Below are positions 52,850 to 60,945 of a stretch of DNA of 60,945 nucleotides, piece after piece. Made by a program: the position numbers and the translations under genes. Numbering within the stretch: position 1 is the stretch's first letter; each line of letters begins with the position of its first letter. Under the pieces are notes generated by a model. It did no database searches. It was not told the origin of the DNA and saw nothing but the letters and a program-made list of their open reading frames with translations. Location: assembly GCF_001194135.2 (NCBI RefSeq), contig NC_068991.1, positions 25,360,491-25,421,435 of the forward strand, written 5' to 3'. The stretch is from Octopus bimaculoides (lineage: Eukaryota).

Positions 52850-53260
52850 AAAAGAGACTAATTATTGTTATAAAATGTCTTAAGCTTAATAAATAAACAT
52901 TTCTCAATCAGCTGCAAACATATATTCAATAGAAACAATCTTAAATCCAACTAAAATAATTATACATGCAAAGTCATTAAGACCAAACTTTAACGCGCTG
53001 AGAAAACACTATATTAATATAATGGGCTTTAAGCTTAAACAAAGATACCATAATCATACTTCTTAAATATATAAAAAAGGAATAAAATTAAACTATCCAG
53101 TCATGTCTAGATGTATGAAAGAACATACTATTGATCAAGTGGAAGTGATACAACAGATAGAAAAATGGGACAAAAGTCGCGGGCTATACATAATTAAGAA
53201 CCTCATACTAAAAAAGTTGATTAATTAATCTGTAAAAATCGAAATGGCCAGAAGAAAATA
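52850..53260 (+). mobile_element. Heavily decayed Penelope-like (GIY-YIG) remnant
   Basis: NKHFSISCKHIFNRNNLK and FKLKQRYHNHTS...KLSSHV resemble PLE motifs KHF..HKIFNRNxLK and FKxRYxNH...LSxHIW. Confidence 0.55.
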
Positions 53261-54310
53261 TTTTAACAAATATCGCCACTTAAAAACTATCACCTGAAGA
53301 CTATAATATTACTTACCCATTTACTGTGAACAACCATTCGTTATCCGTATTTACCTATTCAGTTTATATTTATTAATAGATAATTCTGATATCACTACAT
53401 CCATCATCAGCTATTTGATATTTTCGAATCTTTACTTCCTCAATTGTTTCAACGCCTTAAAATAACTTTCTATACATAACTTTTAAAATCCTCTCACCAC
53501 TCTTTCCAATTTCAATTCAGTAGCAGTAGACCTTAGATCTTTTGCTACTAGTTTCCTTTTTATGCTGGCGATTTTACCGAATTTTTAGAACTGCAGATGC
53601 AATACTTTGCGGTATTTGTTTCCAATTTCTGCTCTCTCTCTTCGTATTGCACCAAATCCAGATGTATTTTTCTTCCATTTAGAATCGATAAACCAAGTGC
53701 CAGTCAAATAGCGGGGTTGGTCTCCCATGCCATTTTTTACTTTCTCTTTCACAGAGCTGTCTATCGCTGGCGAATGTGTTTCTCGTAAAAATACCTGCAG
53801 TAAGACAATCTTCAATTGAAATACACTTTGAATTTTTCTGCTAAGCACTATATGTTTATCATGGGAAATTTGATGGGGATCACAAATGTTTTCCTTGAAT
53901 ATATCAGTGAAGAGGCTTACTAAAACTCCTTTTAAAACTGCTACTCATAACTTATGTATATAGACACTGAGGGCGTTTTCTACTTCACTGTCCCAATGTA
54001 TCTTGAGTTTAAAGAATGATAAAAATTAGCACAATAACAAAATCGATTTGTCTATTATAGAAGATATGTCAACATACTGTAATCGTTTGAAAACCTGTTA
54101 CACATTTTGTTATTAAAGAATTGGAATAATTTTTGCTTGTGTTACCATTTATTTTACTGAGGAATATTCCTAAATGAAATTATCCGTAAATGAAATATAG
54201 TAAACAAAGTATCACTCGTGATAATCAATCTGGCGTTTAAATATTTGATTCAATGCTGCAAGTGTTTTATTTAGATTATCAATACAAGTTTTACTCATAC
54301 TCACAGATCG

Positions 54311-54386
<76 letters not shown>

Positions 54387-54544
54387 GTATATATGTGTGT
54401 GTGTGTGTGTGTGCGTGTGTGTGCGTGTGTGTGAATGTGTGTGTATATATATGTATGTGTATATATTATATTTATATGTGTGTGTGTGTTCGTGTCTGTG
54501 GGCCTGTATATGTATGAATCTAATATTGATTTAAAATTCTGTCA

Positions 54545-54725
54545 CAATGCCAGTAATTTCGGCAAATCTTTACACCGACCCCAGTGCTCGGCTAGTACTT
54601 ATTCTATCGATTCCGAAACGGATGAAAGGTAAAGTCGGCCCCAGTGGAACCCACAACGGGAAGACGGGCGAAACGTTGTTAAGCATTTTGCTTAATAGAC
54701 TAACGATTCTGTCAGCTAGCCGACT
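54545..54725 (-). mobile_element. tRNA-derived SINE (57008 family)
   Basis: cgaccccagtgctcggctagtacttattctatcgattccgaaacggatgaaaggtaaagtcg. Confidence 0.75.
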
Positions 54726-55868
54726 TCAACAAAATATTGACAGACTGATAATAGCAGTAGATATGTTAATATATTTGAGGAAGTTTATACATATACAGGG
54801 TACGACGTCGCCAAGCATTAAAATTCAGTTCATATGAAAAGGAAAACATATTAATAACTGCCTTGTATGAAAATAAAAATGACAAATTAAAACATACATA
54901 ATAAAAATATAAATTGGAGTAGGTCAGTGTGAGAAGGCTAAGAAATACAACAACGAACAGAATCTTGTAAGAAAGCTAAGTAATACAACAATGAAAAGAA
55001 CCTGTAAGAGAGTTAAGAGAATCCCACGGGGCCAAAGATCAAGACGAAACAATATCGCAGATTGACGGGAAAAAATATCAAGTAAAAATGAATAATTAAA
55101 AGGACAACCGACAAAATATAAGAGAACTGCATTAAATATTGACCTGGTGTGCATAAAATTCATTGTAGCTGAGAAAAGAAAGACTCAAAAGAAACAGATA
55201 AAGTTGGGAAAAAAAAGGAAAAATATGTTCCAAGGCTTACGAAAAGTCGACAGTGACTGATTTTCAAAAGATGCAGTAGAATTATTTCGTTGACCAGATT
55301 GCAACAACGGCTACGCATTATTTTAACGTTTTAGAAGAAGCTGTACAATTGAGAAATGAAATTAGTATCGAAAATAACATTTCCAAGATATAGTTGTTTT
55401 CCACACACGCACACACACACACACACACGCACACACACACACACACACTCTCCCTCTCTCTCTCTCAGACACACAGTAATACCGTTACAGAAGCAGATTA
55501 AGCGGGACAGAAGTGTAGATATATTTTCTATGTATTTGCCTGTCTAAACATGCGTGTATGCAAACACATACGCGCTCACAAAAAACAGAGAAGCACACAT
55601 ATACACATACTTGAATATGCATACATAGGTAGGGGCTATGAAGGTTTATATTCTATTTACCCTTCAATTCATTTACTTTATAACGGATTAATATCTATAT
55701 TACACTTTTACCCTTTATTTGGTGTCAAATATCAAACACCTAAGCGACTGAAAAGTTATATTTAATACTTCTTTATACATATATACTTCTNNNNNNNNNN
55801 NNNNNNNNNNNNNNNNNNNNNNNNNNNNNNNNNNNNNNNNNNNNNNNNNNNNNNNNNNNNNNNNNNNN

Positions 55869-55900
<32 letters not shown>

Positions 55901-57007
55901 GTAAGCGTTTTTTTTTTTGAAGACTATATATTTACTTGTGAATTTAGGTTCCGTTCGAAAATATCTTTTATTATAAATTTCAATGCGAAATAAATTATTT
56001 TATCGATTATCAATATTGTAATGCCAGCTTTTATATAACTTTACGAACAAAGCAATAGATTTTGATTTGTTTGGTTTCCGCCATTTTTATTCTTCTCCAT
56101 ACTCTGCGGAGACTTACTCTGTTTTTATAGTCTCTATTCACATGAGACTTCATATGAGATATTAACCGAATTACTAATTCCTTACGATTAACTTATTGAA
56201 TTTTTGACCAAAAGTTATTGAATTCTTTACTATAATTATTGTACAAAAGTGAGAATTCGTAACACTTGGTGATCAAGGGTCATCAAATAAGTTTAGATTA
56301 TTCCAGGCACATTACCTATATAATGCTTAATGACAGCGAAATTAGAGGGCAAAGAGTAATAATTTTCAAAATCTTTCAGAAAAAGTGTATTGTGATTTTA
56401 TAAAAGTTTGGATAGACATATGTGAATAGAAAACTTTGCTTCATGGTTTTCAATACAATTGGAAAAATAAAGCAAAAGCAACTAAAAGCTTCTGATTTCA
56501 TACTGAAATATTTTTTGTAAAATATATGACTTTGTGGTTAAAAATGTTCACTTCTCAATTACGTCTATTAGAATTCAATTTCACAGCTTGATGCCTTGAG
56601 TAAATGCATCTCAAACTTTAGCATACCTTCGTAAAAAATGAATAGATAAAATAGATATTATGGTCCTAAATAACACAGTATGCCTGTTGAATAAACGGAA
56701 TGGCCTTCAATGGAAAGTCTATACATTAATAGTTAAATGATAAGCTTGGGTGGTTGTAGTTCTCGGTGGCGTGTAGATTAGAAATTAGATAAATTTACAT
56801 ATCGTTAATATCAGAGAGAGGAGAAGCATATATAGAGTTGTTGTTGATCTGATCCAAAATATTAATGACCGGCAGGATTCCAGTCTCGCTTATCCTGTCT
56901 TTATTAAGTGGTTGATGTCATATAGGACTACGGTAGCTAATGTGATCTTATTTTTTTTTGCGCTGGTAAGATGTAGCTTATGATAGTAAGGTGTGATTTG
57001 AATGCTA

Positions 57008-57245
57008 TTTCTTATTTCTTTACTGCCCACAAGGGGCTACATACAGAGGGGACAAACAAGGTCAGACAAAGGGATTAAGTCGATTATATCGACCCCAGTG
57101 CGTAACTGATACTTATGTAATCGACCCCGAAAGGATGAAAAGCAAAGTCGACCTCGGCGGAATTTGAACTCAGAACGTAGCGGCAGAGGAAATACCGCTA
57201 AGCATTTCGCCCGGCGTGCTAACGTTTCTGCCAGCTCTCCGCCTT
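57008..57245 (-). mobile_element. Young, near-full-length tRNA-derived SINE
   Basis: The minus strand starts aaggcggagagctggcagaaacgttagcacgccgggcg and contains ttctgagttcaaattcc (B box). It is the best-preserved copy of the commonest family here. Confidence 0.9.
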
Positions 57246-57611
57246 GACTACTATTTCTGAGGAGTTTGAGAGCATGTAGTGATCCCATTATTGGTTTGAG
57301 TAGATCAACAGCGATGGTGAGTTTTGTAAAGCAGATATCGTTATAACAGAGGGAGAAGGAAGATTGAAAAAAAAAANNNNNNNNNNNNNNNNNNNNNNNN
57401 NNNNNNNNNNNNNNNNNNNNNNNNNNNNNNNNNNNNNNNNNNNNNNNNNNNNNNNNNNNNNNNNNNNNNNNNNNNNNNNNNNNNNNNNNNNNNNNNNNNN
57501 NNNNNNNNNNNNNNNNNNNNNNNNNNNNNNNNNNNNNNNNNNNNNNNNNNNNNNNNNNNNNNNNNNNNNNNNNNNNNNNNNNNNNNNNNNNNNNNNNNNN
57601 NNNNNNNNNNN

Positions 57612-58010
57612 TAAAATGATAGACAGAGAACAACCACTGGAAAATACGAAAACTAAAAGAAGCAGCAATATACTAGGACACAACAACCTCCTAAGCAGAC
57701 CGAGTGCAGATATGAGCAGCATATGGGAACCGGTATTAAGGAAGGATAGGAGAATATTAGATTTATAAGCACTAAAATTCACTCCATTATCACCCACGGG
57801 CATATGGCGTAGTGGTTTAGTGGTTTAGATAGTGACCTGAATAATAATAATAATAATAACATCGAAAAAATACCATAGGAGTGAGAACCCAGGCTCGAAA
57901 TTTCCCCAAGACATCTGATGAAGGCTGGAGGGTATATCAGCCGAAACGTAGTTGTTAACAACAAACAAGATGAGAACAAGTATTCGTCAATTGTAAATAA
58001 TGTAAATAAT
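57612..58010 (+). mobile_element. 3' end of a Penelope/Poseidon-like element: GIY-YIG C-terminus, then a terminal unit with a tRNA-like head and a hammerhead
   Basis: DREQ.WKIRKLKEAA (frameshift) ILGHNNLLSRPSADMSSIWEPVLRK...* ends at 57768. The family A unit starts 25 nt later, at 57793. Confidence 0.8.
57908..57956 (+). ncRNA. Minimal type-I hammerhead ribozyme (PLE type)
   Basis: AAGACAT CTGATGA A GGCTG GAGGGTATAT CAGCC GAAA CG T A GTTGTT: intact CUGAUGA and GAAA boxes, 5-bp helix II, palindromic ACGT helix III, GUA triplet, helix I with GACAT/GT(T)GTT. Confidence 0.75.
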
Positions 58011-59162
58011 TGGTTAACTTATTTTTTCTTTTAGTATAGGTTGGTGAAGAACCACTTTTTGTGAAACATGTACACTTATAATATCGGAAGAACGATAGTT
58101 TTAGTTTAGAAACAAAAACTTGGAGAGTATTTTACTAAAAATTGGATTATTTAATCAGAAGTAACCCACCAGAGACCTTTTCTTTAAGTTGCTCTGATAT
58201 AGAAGTGTACTTATTCTATCTTAAACCAAACGTAGCAAATGGAGCAATTTAGCGCAGAATATATTTTGGTCAAGAATTAGTTGCTGTTTAGAAGTGAAGC
58301 ATATTTGTCCCTCAAAAGAATGGGTTTATTACGTAGCTTTTAGATATATGAAGTATGTTCGGAATTTTATCTCAATGAACTTCAAGCTAAATACTAAAGC
58401 ATGTAGTTCAGAAGTTAACCTCATAGAGAATCAATTCCATGGATAGTATAGGATTGCATTTGTCTCACTTAGCAATGCGGTAAACCAAATATCTGTTGCT
58501 GAATCTGCATACCTAGAACCTTAGTATGCAACATGGTCAGGAATGCTGCAAAGAAAAGGCTTATTTCTCACCCAAGTATATAATTATGTGTGTGTGTTTG
58601 TGACTGGGAGTGTATAAGTATAATATATCTATATGTGTGTGTCTGTGTATTTGTCTGTGTGTTTGTGCGTGTGTGTGTTTGTGTACGTATCTGAGAGTAT
58701 ATGAGCATAATATATCTACATGTGTGTGTGTATTTGTGTGTGTGTGTGTGTATGNNNNNNNNNNNNNNNNNNNNNNNNNNNNNNNNNNNNNNNNNNNNNN
58801 TGTGTGTGTGTGTGTGTGTGTACCTGTCCTATTCGACAAGTGACAAACACGAAATCTTACAAAGGCAGACATGTTTCCGCTTTTAAGTTAAAGGTTATAC
58901 ACGGTAAAATCCTGATCAACAGCAAGATTTGTGGATTCTACCTAACAAGAAGACTGTGATAGAAAATGTTGGTCGTGACTTACGCTATACTATGTGGAGT
59001 GTGATAGCCTCATCACTAACAGCTATGCAAACATGTCTGCGAATGTTATCTGCCTTCTCTGAAATGTCATCGCTGCAGTATGTTTAGGTCATTATATTTA
59101 GGTAGGATTGTCCCGACATGCCTGTGGTGCTGAGGAAATTATTTAAGTATATATTCGTTCCA

Positions 59163-59335
59163 AATTTTGGCACAATGCTAGCAATTTCGAGGGTCGGTGT
59201 AATTCGATTATATCAACGCTGGTACATATATCGAGAGCGAAAGGATAAAGGGCAAAGTCGACGATGGCGGAATTTGAACTCAGACAAAAAAGGCAAACCA
59301 AATGCTGCTCAGAATTCTGCCGGCTCGCTACCTTA
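59163..59335 (-). mobile_element. Degenerate tRNA-derived SINE (57008 family)
   Basis: aaaggataaagggcaaagtcgacgatggcggaatttgaactcaga. Confidence 0.7.
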
Positions 59336-60335
59336 TTTAACTATATATTGAGCAATATAAGTTGTTCTAGTTTAAAATATAAACAAAAGTATCTACACTT
59401 CATTGTCATCCGGTGTCGTGTGTGTGCATCTATCAATCCATCTATCTGTCTGTCTGTCTACCTGCTTATTAATCTGTCTATCTCTATTACGAAACTTTCT
59501 TCAGGAACGATGCATCATTGTCTAGGTCCTCTATCAAAAGAAAGCATTTCTCACTGAATTAGTGAAGGATGTGGTTAAGAATTCCACGCACAAACATACC
59601 CTTGTAATTCTCATGGAGATTAATATGACAAATTGTGACATAGCCGGACCTTTGCATTACTAATGAATTGTCTAGTACAAGCTTTTGCACATTTTAGTCT
59701 ACCCAATTTCAATCACAGTGCATGAATCAACCTGACTTTACGATAACGGAATTTTGTCCCAAATTCCTTGGAGTCGAAGTCGAAACCCTTTGGTTGTTAA
59801 GGAAATGTCCCAAACACTTAGCTATGCATATGAACTTATGCATGCAGCCGTCAAGCGAAGTTCAAAGCAGCTAAATCTTGCTGTTAGATGATGTAGGATC
59901 TATTTAGCGGATCTCACGTTTTGTATGCTCCATCAAGTTATGTGGTGCAAGGAAAGCTGTTCAGTTTCAGTTGGTAGAATATACCAAAACAACAAAAAAA
60001 AAACAGGAAAAAAAAAACAGTGTGGTGCAAAAGCAGCCATGTTGCGAATACAACCGACATCTGCGTTTTATGTGCTTTCATCTCTGCCTAATATTAAATT
60101 AGAGGGCATTGTCTACATCCCGTACAAATCCTCAATCGCAGACACCAGTTTTCACCTCCTGACCTTTCATATAGTCATAAGAATGTTTATGCTACAATGA
60201 ATTTTATTCCGTTAATCTTTCATGACTTCTTAACTGCACCAATACACTCTTCCTTTTTCTGAATGGCGCACTAAAATTATCAATGTTAACTACAGTTTTC
60301 CCATCAGTAAAATGTTTATCGTCGTTCTGTCTGTC

Positions 60336-60378
<43 letters not shown>

Positions 60379-60945
60379 TTCTTTCTTTTTTTCTTTCTTT
60401 CTTTCTCTCTGTCTNNNNNNNNNNNNNNNNNNNNNNNNNNNNNNNNNNNNNNNNNNNNNNNNNNNNNNNNNNNNNNNNNNNNNNNNNNNNNNNNNNNNNN
60501 NNNNNNNNNNNNNNNNNNNNNNNNNNTATAGATATATATTTTATGAAAACATTTATTGTCGTTATGTGTATATATATATGGCGGCAGTGTGTGTGTAGAA
60601 ACCATCGGCTTTTTTCACGTACGTACATAATACCTATACCTACCCACGCAAAATCAATTTTATGATCTTCATATTAAAGAAACAAACACAATTAGGGAAA
60701 AACAAGATAAAGCAAGCGATGACACTCACACAAATGTGATATTTCTATGATGTACATACACACGCGCGCGCGCGTACATATATCTCTCATCAACAAAAAT
60801 AGAATAATTCCAAGAATTCCCACCCGGTACTCAAGTAATTTTAACTATGAAGACATTGAACTTTTCAACACCCACCTACATAAAGGAAATCTTGTACGGA
60901 ATATATGTATATATAAATTTGCGTGAGTGTACGTATATATATATA

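Noticed and set aside
53585-53848. Minus-strand ORF with VFLRETHS, resembling the L1/Tx1 endonuclease QETH motif
   Set aside because: It is a single short motif with no downstream GDFN or SDH motifs, which is insufficient.

Overview
This is a very AT-rich, microsatellite-dense, gapped animal genomic window. Its repeat families look like those of a coleoid cephalopod (Octopus-like); this is an inference from recalled repeat consensus sequences. I found no recognisable host protein-coding gene, rRNA, true tRNA or CRISPR array. Most ORFs in the supplied track are artefacts of microsatellites or N gaps. The window is mostly transposon debris. It holds three R4/Dong-like non-LTR fragments tied to (TAA)n tracts, a Gypsy gag-protease remnant, a decayed mariner and a mariner MITE, three Penelope-like (PLE) GIY-YIG remnants, and about 25 tRNA-derived SINE copies, including a head-to-tail array with a period of about 220 bp. 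The most interesting signal is a set of minimal hammerhead-ribozyme (HHR) motifs in two repeat families, and possibly a third. One HHR sits behind a tRNA-like Pol III promoter directly after a PLE ORF end, and that unit also occurs as a solo copy. Another family shows helix covariation and an atypical catalytic core. The window also has an A-A'-A inverted triplication, a 440-bp foldback element and a possible TRIM-like element. All alignments and folds were done by eye, so boundaries are approximate unless stated.
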